Shown piece after piece: positions 1 to 12,540 of a stretch of DNA of 64,000 nucleotides. Under the pieces are notes generated by a model. It saw only the letters and a program-made list of their open reading frames with translations. It was not told the DNA's origin and searched no databases. The stretch lies in the NCBI RefSeq assembly GCF_009914755.1, contig NC_060927.1; one strand, written 5' to 3'. How positions within the stretch are numbered: position 1 is the stretch's first letter; each line of letters starts with the position of its first letter. This stretch comes from the human T2T-CHM13v2.0 reference genome, Homo sapiens. The position numbers and the translations under genes were made by a program.

Positions 1-46
1 ATTTTGAGAAAGCTTATTTTGTCTCCTCCAGGTGAATGAGTTAGGC

Positions 47-325
47 CAGTGATCCCCAAAGTGATTTTTCAGAACTATTAATCCTGTGAAATGCTCTTCA
101 AAGAAAGGATTTAAATGCTGTTGAGAAACACCATTTACTGGCCCCCTTTATGATGTACGTTGAAATTGTAAATGCTCTGAGAAGTCCTACAGTAGAAAAA
201 TCTGTTTATTTTTGTTCATCTGGCATTTCCCAAACTCATTTGATCATAGAAACTTTTCTTAAAGTGTTAAGATCTTTTAACGTCACACAATTAGTTTTTC
301 ATATGGCATACTTTGGGAAATGCGG
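47..325 (-). mobile_element. hAT-Charlie DNA transposon fossil (MER103C-like)
   Basis: Ends CAGTGATCCCCAAAGTG...ACTTTGGGAAATGC; internal GCTCTGAGAAGTCCTACAGTAG and CATTTCCCAAACTCATTTGA. Confidence 0.6.
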
Positions 326-643
326 AGTTAGACATTAACAAATTTTCTCATTTTAACTGCAAAAGAGGAGGTATAATCTTAAAAGGATCATTTTAAATTA
401 AAAGTTAAAAACCTCCATGCTGCCTCTGAAACATATGACGGCCCCTGAGCACTGGGCTATGAGAACCTTGGCTTTATATGTGATGAGTTGATACCAAATA
501 GACTGCAGACTCAAATACCAATAGTGCCATGCAAGTAGCATAAATGATGAAGAAGACAGGATATAAAACACCACAGTGCAAAAGGAATGAATAGACAGAC
601 CCACTGCTACTCAGCCCTATGAAGAACTAGCCTCAGAAATGAT

Positions 644-780
644 GGCCGAGGTGGGAGAATCACTTGAACCTGGGAGGCGGAGATTGCAGTCAGCCGACAT
701 CGCACCATGGCACTCCAGCGTGGGTGACAGAGCGAGACTCTGTCTCAAAAAATAAAAAAAAAAAAGAAAAGAAAAAGAAA
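644..780 (+). mobile_element. 5'-truncated Alu (right arm) with A-rich tail
   Basis: GAGAATCACTTGAACCTGGGAGGCGGAG...GAGACTCTGTCTC followed by A-tail. Confidence 0.9.
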
Positions 781-894
781 TTGGGCTCTTTACCAACAGA
801 TGCTCTAAGCGGTGCATAAAAAGTTTAAGGAGAAACTGGATATTTTAACCATATCTGCCCCAAATGTTTATAAATTACAAAAGGAAAAATAATA

Positions 895-1400
895 TGTAAT
901 TGGTATGATGCACTGAGGTCACAAAATTGCTTCTGTAGTCTTTTTGTCACAAGTGCATAACCTCAATCTAATAATGGGAAAAAAAATCAGACAAATCATA
1001 TTGAGAGATATTCTGTGAAGTAACAGACAATCTGTGAAGTACTCATATGTTCCGAGAAGTAACGTGTAAGTAACATTCTGTGAAGTGTTTATCAGAAGTG
1101 CCACAGTCATAAAAGACTGGGGGAAATTAGGGACTGTCACAGATTGATGGAAACTAAGGAAACACAACAACTATGCAACTACATATTATTTTATAAAAGC
1201 GGTGTAGGATCCTGGATCAGATTCTGGAATGGAGAAAGGACATTATTAGGAAATGCAGCGAAACTTGAATAAAGTCTGTAGTTCAGTTAAAAATATTGTG
1301 GGACATTTAATCAGGGGAAACTAGAGGAAGAGTATATATCACCTCCGTGATTTTTGCAAAATTTTGTTTAACATTAGTTCAAAATAAAAAGTTAAAAAAT
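895..1400 (+). mobile_element. Old L1 (L1MC/L1ME-type) 3' end fragment
   Basis: AACCTCAATCTAATAATGGG...CAGACAAATC and GGATCCTGGATCAGATTCTGGAA...GGACATTATTAGG resemble L1M 3' UTR motifs. Confidence 0.6.
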
Positions 1401-1456
1401 GATAGCAGAAAAACAAAGAAAAGAAAAAAAATGATGGGATTCAGGAACTCCAACAC

Positions 1457-1752
1457 AACACTGACCTATAGAAACATAGTACAAGCCATGGATATAAGTC
1501 ACAGGTATAATTTTAAGTTATCTAGTAGCTAACTTACAGGAAATGAAAATGGCAAAATTAGTTTTAGTAATATATTTTGTTTAACCTGATATATCCAAAG
1601 TATTAAGATGTTAACATTGTAATCAATATAAAAATGTTAATGATATCGTCAACATTCTTTTGTACTGTCTTCAAAATCCAGATTCAATTCAGACTTTTCA
1701 AATTCTCAATAGCCACATGTGGCTAGTGGCTACTCTTTCGAATAGCATAGCT
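1457..1752 (+). mobile_element. MER33 (hAT-Charlie)
   Basis: AATATATTTTGTTTAACCTGATATATCCAAA ... CTCAATAGCCACATGTGGCTAGTGGCTAC. Confidence 0.8.
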
Positions 1753-1837
1753 CCACCACTATCAACTCTATACATCTTCTATTTCTGCTTCCTTCTGTGA
1801 GGATTTTGTTCTTTCTTGCTGTAGACTCACCCTTCCT

Positions 1838-2155
1838 TCCTTCATTCATTCACCTACAAGAATTTATATATTCCAGGTATTGCTCTATGCACAAAACTGA
1901 CAATAATTCCTAACTTTCTGGAGCTCTCATTCTCAAGAGGAAGTGATTGACATAAACAGTGGCTATAGTAAATAAGTAAATTATAGTAAGAAGTGATAAG
2001 TGCCAGGGGAGTAAAAACAGAGCTGACTCAGATGTCAGGTGACTCAGGTGATGTAAGGTGACTCTGGTGATGTAAAGTGACTCAGATATGCTGGGGGTGG
2101 AATTGCAACCTCAAATAATGTGATGTCATTGAGAAGCTGACATTGGAGCAAAGAC
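1838..2155 (-). mobile_element. L2 3' end fragment
   Basis: TTCATTCATTCA start, CCAGGTATTGCTCTA, GGAGCTCTCATTCT, GATAAGTGCC. Confidence 0.6.
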
Positions 2156-2703
2156 CAATGTGGAAAGACAAAACTCCCTAACTCAACCATCAGAGCAGAA
2201 AGTGACTTCCTCCTGGCTTCAGTTAGACGAATCCCAGGAAAGTAATATGACTGGCCTGGTTAGGGTCATGTTACCTCTTTGTGACCAATCACATGGCCTG
2301 AAGGGTGGAACATAACCATTCTGATTGGTCCAACCTGAACCACTAATCAAAAAAGTACAAATTAAAGGATGGCAGCTACCAGTTGCAGAAACAATCCCAC
2401 CCACCCTCTTCATCCCTTAGAAAGGGAAAGCTATTCCCAGAAGAAAAGAAGGTACTAGGCAGGAAGAAAAATATTCATTCACTAAGTTTTTGGAATTTCA
2501 AAAGAACCTTGTCTCTAGTCTTCTGTGACTTCCTAGACAAAGTCCATGTTTACCCTGTCAATTTGCTTCATAACTTTATAGACTTTTAACAAATAGGAAA
2601 GTAAATGGAAAGAACATAAAACTTCTGGCTATGTGGTCCTAGTTTAAAGTCCCAGTTCTTCCAAGATCAGCTGTATTTCCTTAATACTCATGTACCTTTC
2701 AGC

Positions 2704-2734
<31 letters not shown>

Positions 2735-2988
2735 TATATGTATGGGTATATCTATATACACACACAGACACACACAATTAAGGCTGAAAGTTATATATAT
2801 ATGTATGTGTATATACATATGTATGGGTATATCTATATACACACACATACACACACAATTAAGGCTGAAAGTTATATATATGTGTGTGTATATATATATA
2901 CACACACATATATATAACTGAAAGAATATACATATTCTTATATATATACACACATGTATATAACTAAAAGAATATACATATTCTTATA
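2704..2988. repeat. Compound (TA)n/(CA)n microsatellite with higher-order 81-bp and 46-bp duplications
   Basis: AATTAAGGCTGAAAGTTATATATAT at 2776 and 2857; TAACT(G/A)AAAGAATATACATATTCTTA at 2915 and 2961. Confidence 0.9.
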
Positions 2989-4515
2989 GCCTGAAAAACA
3001 TCTCATATCTAAAAATAAATCTTTTCTAAGGAAGTTCTAATATCTCTTAAAATAAGTGTGGCTGCCCTTTTCTTGTTCTTTTTACCAGTTTCTTTGCACA
3101 TTCCTTGCTTTTGCCCATAAAGATATACAGCGTACACACATTGATTTGGAGTTGCTAACTAAGGCTATTTTCCTCTGGGGAGTTAAAAATAGAATACACC
3201 TCAGAAGAACCTCAACGTCTTTAGTTATACTAAAGAAAAATTGTCAGTTCATTCAGAAATGCTAATAAAAACTAATACTAATTAAGTTCCAACTAAATTG
3301 ATAGTCCCCAGAAAGATAATTATTTTTGACAGACAATAAAGGTTATTATATTTTGAAAACTGTACAGCATAATCTGAAGCAAAAAACTTAGCATGGTATC
3401 TTGAAATCATCTTTTCTAGAAAGTTTTTTGTTAAAATTAAGCATTTTTAAAATGACATACATTATAACGCAGTTTTCACATGGACTATCTCATTTAATTA
3501 TTACTAGTATGCGAGATAGAATTCTTTCTTCTCTCCTTCCCCTCCTTTCTTTCTTCTTTGCTTCCTTTTTTTCCTTTCTTCCTCCTTCCTTTCTCATGAC
3601 TACTAACCAGAAAATATCATTCTAGCCATTATAGACACAGCGGTACTATTTGGAGGCTTATATTTAAGAGTGGGGTTGATGGTGAGTATGTGGCAGTAGA
3701 AGGCAAGGAACAAAAATAAATAAGGGGGGAACAAAAATTACCTTAATTTGAAAGGATTATGTGATAGAGTGGCTGAGCTGGGAGCCTTCCAACTAGCAAA
3801 GCAGATATTCACAAGGTAAGGTTGTTAAAAGAAGCAGAACATTCAAACCCAGGTCACCCTATCACTGTATAATGATTCTTTCCACCCTTTAGTTTCAACA
3901 GATGGTTTTGAATGGAGAGAACAATGGAAAATTTAAAACAATGCTGTGTTTTTACTTGTTTGATACTTAACAGGCTCAAGTCCAGCTGAGCCATAGATGA
4001 CTGAACTTGACTGCCATTTTCAATGTGTGGTTTAAAGGAGGTGACAGCATTCTGAACCAACAGTCCTTCACATAAATAAAGCAGAAATATGAACGTGCCA
4101 GTTGTGGGAACAAGGACATCTCAGTAGAAAAGAGAGGGTTCCTAAATCATGCAACCCACTGCAATTTTTTGACATGAGGCCATAAAGGTTAAATCAATAA
4201 AGTTAGATTCTTACTTTCCCGGAGATTTGAATAATTATTTATACCCTGGTGAGTTTAACATATTAAAAAATTGATTACCTCTCTCTCAAGGCGTGTGAAT
4301 TTTGTTTACTCTCCTTGTAATAGAGTATGGGGTTTTTTGTGTGTTTTTTAAACCTGTGATCAGTAACAGTTACTCATTTAAATACCTCCCAGTCTCAGTT
4401 CTTTATGCTCTGGGATACAAGAAAAGAATGGAGACTGGAAATATGTAAGTATCCAAGACTTCTGCTTTTCAGGGCCTGAGAAACTTTAAGTAAATGAAAA
4501 GGCAAAAGGTACAAC

Positions 4516-4557
4516 TGTGTGTGTGTGTGTGTGTGCGCGCACGTTGTGTGTGTGTGT
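4516..4557. repeat. Interrupted (TG)n microsatellite
   Basis: Seen directly. Confidence 0.9.
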
Positions 4558-4584
4558 TTCATTTGTTCTGCAAATGTGGTCTCC

Positions 4585-4730
4585 TGCATCTGATTATGTG
4601 GGATGCTTGTTGAAATGCAAATTGCTGGACTCAGCCCCAGGCCTCCTGATTCTGAATTTTTGGTAGGTGAAGCCTAAAAATCTGGGTAGTTAATAAGGTT
4701 ATTGAGTGATACTTATGCTTTTTGGGTATT
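4585..4730. mobile_element. MER5A-like hAT fossil
   Basis: GCTTGTTGAAATGCAAATTGCTGGACTCAGCCCCAG...GATTCTGAAT. Confidence 0.55.
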
Positions 4731-5929
4731 GGGAATCATGGACCCTGAGTACTGGGAATCATGGGCCTAGAAAGGCCTGAATGAAAATCCTGATGCTCCT
4801 GCTCACGGGCTGGGGTGCTCAGAGGTTCTCATCTAAGAAAGTGACCCTGAGATGCTCCCTCCAAGTAGGTAGTTTCTCTGTTTAACATTCCTTGTAAGAA
4901 AGAGGAGGAGTTCATATCCAGCATAGTTTGCCCCACTGTGCCAAGTCCAGCAGAATTCTTCAGAGCTCTGCATTGTGACATTTTAACAAACCATTCTGTT
5001 CACATGTTTTAATACAGTTGGAGTCGAGGCTGCTTTTGTGTCCTTGTTTTGCAAAAGGGAACACAGGCATTTGTTTCTACTTCTTTTCTTTTAACTTGGA
5101 TCCCTATAATGCACGTATTTATAATCCAAGAAGGCAAGAAAGAGAACTAGGACGAGCTTGTGCTTTTAAGGCTTGCCATGTGGACCTGGACCGGAAGATA
5201 TCAGGCCTACAAAGGCGAGCCAGTAAGTTCTTTGTCTCTCTGAGCATGGGCCTTTTATCATATATGGCCCCATCTGAGTAGCTTTTCTTAACGGATAAAT
5301 TATGTTTTCAGGGCCTAAGAAGAAACTTATAATTATTGGCTCTCAAGTGGACTCGTGCACTACTTAAAAGCACCAAAAGAAAGAGAAACTTATGAGGTTT
5401 CTGCTGCTTTAATTAGACCTTGGAGCCCTGAAGGAGCTTACTTTTTATGCTGTAGTCTCTTCTCTTTTCTTCATTTTAAAGATTATAAAAGTAACATATG
5501 CTTATTGTAAAATATTCAAAGAATACAGATGTATTTACTCAAAAATGAAGTTACCCCATACCAGCCACCCTAATTTTATTCCTGCTATTCTTTCTAGATT
5601 TTTCTAGACATATACGAACATATCTGATTACTGACACAGACACACATACACAAGCGAGTAATTAGGACTCTTTGAATTGTAAATGAGATAAACACAATTC
5701 AAAATTTTATAAACAAATGGGAAGAATCTCTTTGCTTACATAATAATTCTGAAGTGAGGTATACTACCTTCAAGAATGGCTGGATACACAGGTCCCAACA
5801 GGGTAGTTTCTCTCTCTCGTCTCATGTTATCTTTTGGCACTGCCTCTTTCTGTGTGTCTGCCTCATTTTCCCAACCTCAGTGGGCTTTCTCAATGGATTA
5901 TGCTATTTGCAGCCCTGGGTTTACTCTAG

Positions 5930-6468
5930 ATTTGGAACAGAATATGTAATATCCTCTTGACAACAACAACAACAAAAATACACATCCTAATCCCTAAAAT
6001 CTATAAATATGTTACCTGACATGGCAAAAGAGAATTAAAGTTGCAGATGGAATTATGGCTGTTAATCAGCTGACCATTAAATAGAGCTGTTATCCTGCAT
6101 TATCTGGGTGAGCTCAAAGTAATCACAAAGGTCCTTAAAAGTGAAAGAGGGAAAGTAGAAGAGTTAGAGTCAGAGAAAGATGTGGTGATGGAAACAAGGT
6201 CATAGAAATGTGACATGAGAGGATTCAAGTGGTTGTGGCTGAATTCAAAGCTGGAGGAAGGGGCCAGAGGCCATGAAATGTGGGTGGCCTCTGGAAGCTG
6301 CAAAAGGCAAGAAAATGGATTCTCGTCAGAGGCTCAAGAAGAAAACACAGCCCTGCTTGACACCTGTGTCCTATTTCTGACCTGTGAAAATATAGCATAG
6401 TAAATGTATGCTTTTTTAAGCCACTAAGTTTGTGCTAATTTGTTCAAGCAGCCACAGAAAACTAATAC
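5930..6468 (+). mobile_element. MLT1D-like MaLR LTR, apparently nested in an older opposite-strand MLT1 (~5655-5930 and ~6470-6600)
   Basis: CATCCTAATCCC...ATATGTTACC...GTTGCAGATGGAATTA...AAGCCACTAAGTTTGTGCTAATTTGTT...AAACTAATAC. Confidence 0.8.
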
Positions 6469-6809
6469 GGGGTTCAAAAGGCAAAGAATTGTTCTCTTGA
6501 AAATCTAAATTTTAAAAGTCCTTGGAAAGCTTCTTGGTTAGTTTTCAACCCAGCCTCTATTTTAGTCCTATGGTTAGCACAATAGGATACCACAAATGTC
6601 TAGATCTGAATACTGCTTACTGCAGGCAAGGGGGATTAAGAGACTGAGGGCCAGTCTTCCTCCCCAGAATCGTATAACTGGCCTGGGAAAGGAGAAATAC
6701 ACCAAAGAAAAAGATCATGAGGGGGCAGATAAAAATTCTCCACATATCCCCCCCTCCCCCCCACCCCCACACTCCTACACATAAGGAGAATTTGTTGTCC
6801 ATTTGTTTC

Positions 6810-6942
6810 TGTTTTTTTGTTTGTTTGTTTTATTGAGGTGAAATCTCACTGTGTTGCCCAGGCTGGTCTTGAACTAGGCTGAGGGATTCTCCCACCTCAG
6901 CCTCCTGAGTAGCTAGGATTACAGACATGTGCCATTGCTCCC
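6810..6942 (-). mobile_element. Alu monomer (FLAM/FAM-type)
   Basis: T-tail, TGTTGCCCAGGCTGGTCTTGAAC, CCTCAGCCTCCTGAGTAGCTAGGATTACAG. Confidence 0.85.
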
Positions 6943-6979
6943 ATCTTGTTTGTTTTAAAATGAATTTGTAACTTATATT

Positions 6980-7200
6980 TTGTTCTGTGACTTGCTTAAT
7001 CCTCTTTAAAATGTATTTTAAAGATATTTACATATCAATTCACGTAGATCCCACTTTGTCCTTTTTAATAGCTGCATGGTATTATAGGATAGATGAACCA
7101 AATGTATTTAGCCAAGTCCCCTGTTGATGGAAGTTTAAGTTGTTTCCAATATTTGCTTACAGAGAAGTCTGTGTCCTTCAATATATCACTTCACATGCTG
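6980..7200 (-). mobile_element. Old L1M fragment
   Basis: TTTTTAATAGCTGCATGGTATT...CCCCTGTTGATGGAAGTTTAAGTTGTTTCCAAT. Confidence 0.6.
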
Positions 7201-9289
7201 TAACCTTTATTATTTATTGTTCAACATAGGTAATTTGAGGGAGAATAGAGCCAAAACTGGTATAGTGGGTTGAATTGTGCCTCCCAAAAGATATATTCCC
7301 CTACAGTGATCACAGCATCAAAGAACTTGAGTGGTTTTGCATAAGAGAACTGAGTAAATAATCAAATGAATGTACAAATGATGGAAGGAATGAGGAGAGG
7401 AAGATGGAAGGAAAGAGGGGAGAAAAAGAAAGGGAGAGAGAAAAGAAAAAGTAGACTATTATGACAACTGAGGAGCCTTTGAAATCCCAGGAGGGCATCT
7501 TGCTAAAATGAAGCCCTTTATATTTAATTCATAAACCTTCTGGAAGTGCCCATAATTTGCCTGGCATTGACTGCAGTGACACAAGCCGATCTTCTTCCCA
7601 TGCTCACCACCCCCACCACTGCTGCTTCAAGTCAAATGTTAGAAATGCAGTGAGCAATATCCAAAGTAGAGAGCTAGGAGTCTGATTCTTTGATTCTTTT
7701 AGATCAGTAAAGCACTAAAAAAATTCAATAAGGCATGTAGGTATAATCAAAGCACACAAATGTGTTTGGTGCATTAGACTTTTTCTCATATGGCCTTTTA
7801 CATGTGCAAGTCACCATTGGGCCAGACAGTTCATACTTGGTCATTGGCAGCTGTATTTACATTGTAGGCTTGAATGTTTTTTGGGAAAAAAAAGCAGGTG
7901 TTGAGATGCTTGTCTTCAGGGTGAGTAACGTGCCATTGCACATCTTTACACCTGCTGAAGAAGACAGAGCAAGTCATGGAACATCATGGAAAATGGAACA
8001 ACTCATTGAAATCTCTGCCTGTTGTCCCTGCTGGATCATAGCATAGATCCCATCTCTGGCTTTTGGCTCTTCAGCAGTTGGCTCCCACCATTTGCTTTCC
8101 TGGGTTTCTCTCCCGTCATCTAGGCAGATAAACAGCTTGTCTCTTCATCCTTCAAGGCCTTCTCTCTTTCTACCCTAGGAAGAACATATGACTAGGGAAC
8201 ATGTGACTGATCTTATTAAATTAGAATCACTAATATATATTGTAGAATGAGGCCATTTGGAGTAAGTAATAAAGTGAAGAAACAGACCAATATTAACAAG
8301 AATCAGATCAACCAAGAACTGCAGGTTCTGAAATTAGCATTTTGTATTTTAGCTTTTTCTCCAAGCTCTTAATGAATAACCTTCCTCTCTTAGGATGCCT
8401 GAGACTTGCTCTTTTGATAGCCTTTGAGGTACTTGTTTTCTCGGCGCATTTACTTTGGATCATGGGGCAGGAGCTTGGCAGTCCTCTAAGGTTTCCCACA
8501 AAAACATTTGTGATGTAAGTTTAATGCTTTCCTTCCGTTACAGAGATAAATGTTGTCAGTAATCCTGAGTGGCAGGCTCAATGTTTAAGGCTTTTGGAAT
8601 TATGTGAGTCCCAGGGTCATGGGAATTATAATACATTGAAATATTTACAAAGCAATGTTCAACGGATTCATGATGTGGGGTTCTAGAAACAATATGGTTT
8701 TGTTAAATATTCCAGCAGCTTCCCTTTCTGCATTTCCGTCAGTTTTATTATTTCTGCCCCCCCATCTTTTCAATTTATGCTTTTTGCTTTCAGCCTTCAA
8801 AACATCTGCGAGCTTATGATATATCAGACTTTGCCCTACATTTCTATGTGGCTACTCTTCCTACTCCCCCTCTGTTGTTCTCACCTCCTCAGTATCTAAA
8901 GTCCCCCTCATGCTTCTCAGATTAAATCTCCCACTCTTGTAATTGTCTTCCTCCTTTTGCTTAATTAGATAATATCTGAGACAACTTTGAAGACACTAGG
9001 TGCTATCCTGGTGCTAAGTGGAATTGTCATAATTATTATCTTGAAGCCTCACATCACCCTAATCAGCTACTTCTCTCTTATTCTTTTTCTCCCTCCTAGT
9101 CAGCTCAGTATGAATAAAGAAAACAGTCTTTCCTCAAGTGGAAAATTCAAAATATCACAGAGTTCTTTTCCCTATGTTGCCTGCTAATGGAAATTGGGGT
9201 ATATTCATGTGTTTTGGCCTGAGAAAAAAGAACAGGGAAGGTTAAGACATGTGTATTGTAAATGATCTGGATCTTTTTTAATGACTCTG

Positions 9290-9720
9290 TTTTTATTACT
9301 AAACCAACACAAAATTATTATAGAGAATTTGGATAATTCAGAAGGCACCTGAATGAAAAGACATGTTGTGTGTTTCTACCTTCCAAATTTGTTTGTATGT
9401 GTATATATACTATAGTCATATTACTGTTTTTTCACACGAAAAAGGTAGCTTAATCTGCTGAGCATTAAATAACATTAAATTATTTTTTTTACATTATCAC
9501 AATCATGAGGATCCCTCCTACACATATAGAGCATAACTTATTTAACCAGTCCCCTATAGATGAAGGGGACTGGTTATTGATTTCCAACAATGAATTCGGC
9601 TAATATAAACTATGGTACAGTCAACATTCTTTATGCACAGTCATTATAATTTTCAAAAAAAATTATATTTTCAAGGCAAATTTCTCATTAGTTTTACTGG
9701 TTCAAAGTATATCCATATGT
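9290..9720 (-). mobile_element. Old L1ME-type fragment
   Basis: CATAACTTATTTAACCAGTCCCCTATAGATG...TTTCCAAC...GGTTCAAAGTATAT. Confidence 0.5.
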
Positions 9721-10799
9721 GATATCATATATAAGCATATCCAACCCATTAGCACTGGCTATTTAGAAAAATACCCAGAACATTGTGCTCACTATCCTGC
9801 TGCCCATCATGGTTTTGGTTAGAAAATGACATTCCATCTTGGGGAGTCTCTTGCCCCATCTTTGCTTATCTTGGGCAACTCACACTGGATCAATCGGCTT
9901 TCTGGTTTGATATACTTTGGAAATGCCAAAGTTGGATTCTTAGAGAGGTTCTATAGAATACTCAGGAGCTTCTTGTAAGCAAAGTCCTGTATCTCTTGGA
10001 AATCAGTTGTTTCAGGATCAAGTACTTCATGTTCAAAGAACTGGCCACTAGAAAACAATCACTCTGGTGTTATACAAAATTACAAGGAAAATTCTAAAGG
10101 AAGGAAGAATATTAATGCTCCTTGACCATTATACAGTGCAGACATCGTAACCTCTCAACAACCTTGTAAGACAAATGAAGTCTCACCTTTATTTTATAGT
10201 TTATCAAATTAAGCTATCAAGTAGCCGAGGCATAGGAGAGCCTAGATCCAAAGACTTCTCTATTTGACACCAAAGACTACGGTCTTTCTTTCCCTCTAAT
10301 ACTCAGTTATATACAACTCTTCAGAGCAGAGTTCCAAAAGCAGAGGAGAATCTGCATCTATTCATCTTTAGTTTTTTCTTCTTGTTAAATATCTGTTTGA
10401 TATGCATTCGCCTATCCAAGTGTTAGGAAGCAACTTTTCTCTTGCTTTACATGTGGTTCATGTTTTCATTAGAATCCTTGATGTATTATTATTCTTTCTC
10501 TTTAACTAAAAATGTAATATATATTCATGAAGCCTCTGAATAATGTTGTATGTGATGTTATTTAACCTGTCTTGCAACATTTGTTTATAAAAACGATACC
10601 TACTTTTGCAGGAAGTAAACATTCTGATTCAAAATGAACATAACCTGTGGGCCTCAGGGTGATCTATATCCATGTGATATTGGCTGAATTCTTAAGGAGA
10701 ATTCTGAAATTCCTAGACCTAGATGTTTTGTAAACCAAACAGTGGACGGAAGCACTTAAAATCACAAACTGAGGACTCTAGCAACAACAAGGACAACAT

Positions 10800-10960
10800 A
10801 GCATAGGGGTTCTAAGCACAGGCAGGCAGCTTTAGAACCAATCTTAACTCTGTCTCAGTTTCCTTCTCTGTATAATGGGGAGATACTAATGCTTGAGATT
10901 CATTGTGGCGGCTAAATGAGCTAATGTGTTTTCCAGTGCTTAGTAGAGTGCTTGGCACAT
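10800..10960 (+). mobile_element. MIR
   Basis: Core CTCAGTTTCCTTCTCTGTATAATGGGGAGATAC; GTGCTTAGTAGAGTGCTTGGCACAT. Confidence 0.75.
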
Positions 10961-12269
10961 CAGTTTGATCTCAGTGGATGATCATGGAGGAAAATATACT
11001 TTAAGAAGTAGAGAACAGTATCATTAAGTGAATTTGTACTGAAAAGCACAAAAAAGATAGAAAAACGGACACTTCTAGTATAGACATCAATGATAGTATC
11101 CCTTTTTTATTATAAAAAGTGCCATGCAGAATCCAGAATTACTTCATAAGCTTAATTTTAACCAATTACAGGAACAATGTTTTACTCCTTTTAGAATCAT
11201 ATTCTTGCCCTTGCGCTCATTTAAGAATCTGAGAAAAGCTTTGCGTTCTCCAAAGAAATATGCACATTCATACCACATTTCTCAATTTTAGGGAAACCCA
11301 TCTATTCTAGATCAATACTACCCAAAAACATAGAGGTTATAGGTCACACTTCGTTTATCTGAATGAGGTCAGAAGGGAGAGGCTATAGCCAACTCAGGGC
11401 TCCAGTTTAGTGTACCTGACCCCAAAGCCAGAATCCTAATCATTGCTGTTTACTGGATACATTCTCTGTCCCTAAGAATTCATAATGTAGAAAGGAAGAC
11501 AAATAGGGAAATAAAATTATAGCATAGTATGGCAAGGGCAACAATACGTGCATGTACGGAAGGAATGATTTCATAATGCAGGTTGGCAAGAAGGCAACAA
11601 ACACCATGAAAACAACTCCCACTTAGGCTGACTTCACAAGTACAGCAGTGGCCCCAGGGTGTGTCAGAATTTTGGGAGATTTTACAGATTATATGACCAT
11701 ACACAATATCAAAATCAAAGTCCCAGATCAGAGGTAACTCAAACAATCACCTACATCCTTTCACACCAAGTCTATCCCCCTTGTCTCTATGAGATGAAGA
11801 AGAGGCAGAGGGGGAGGGGGGCTAAATGGAAACTTGTTAGGAGACATGCCTTCACCCTTTGTTTAATAGGTTTTATTCACCTGTAATACTCTCTAAAGAC
11901 TATGTTACCCACGCCAAGCCTTGAGAGTCCTGAATTCTTGACTGCAAATATCCAGAGAAGGAAACAGACATGCTTGACCCCTCACACCCATAACCTTGTT
12001 TATGGGCTCTAACTGTGTCCCAGGCCTGGAACAAGCAAGAAAGAGAAGGTACTATGGAAATAGGCTGCCCATTCAATGATGCTTGAGTGAGCATGGGAGA
12101 CAAAATTAGAGTAATTTCTCCCTTCAAGTGCATTGCTACCTCCACCAGCATTAGACCTTTACTGCTTAATATTTTCCTTTTGACACACCTAAATTCCAAT
12201 TATAGCCCTATACCTGCCAGCTGTGGGCAAGTTACCTAACATTGCTGAACACTCAGAGAACACATACTG

Positions 12270-12407
12270 ACTGCTGATTTTATACCTGGCACAGTTCTGA
12301 GTGCTTTACATGTGGACTCAGCCCACCTTCACAACACCCTTCTGGAGAAGGAATTATTATTATTATTACCATCAGATAGTGAAATTCAGGGGGACAAGCA
12401 ACCTGCT
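12270..12407 (-). mobile_element. MIR, truncated at the L1 fragment
   Basis: GGCACAGTTCTGAGTGCTTTACATG...CACAACACCC...ATTATTATTACC. Confidence 0.65.
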
Positions 12408-12540
12408 CAGAAATCCCATCACTGAGTATATACCCAAGGAATATAAATTATTCTAACCATTAAGACACATGCACGCATATGTTCATCACAGCACTATTCA
12501 AAATAGCAAAGATATGGAGCCAACATAAACGTCCTTCAAT
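12408..12540 (+). mobile_element. L1PA-type fragment from the ORF2 C-terminal region
   Basis: AATCCCATCACTGAGTATATACCCAAGGGAATATAAAT...AGACACATGCACGCATATGTTCATCACAGCACTATTC. Confidence 0.85.

Noticed and set aside
2690-2953. Y/I/H/T- and C/V-rich ORFs (also about 34398-34656)
   Set aside because: Translations of dinucleotide microsatellites.
4726-4764. Short direct repeat GTA(T/C)TGGGAATCATGG x2
   Set aside because: Ordinary small tandem duplication at a repeat edge.
6748-6768. C7-T-C7-A-C5 tract (possible minus-strand G-quadruplex)
   Set aside because: Common low-complexity motif with no supporting context.
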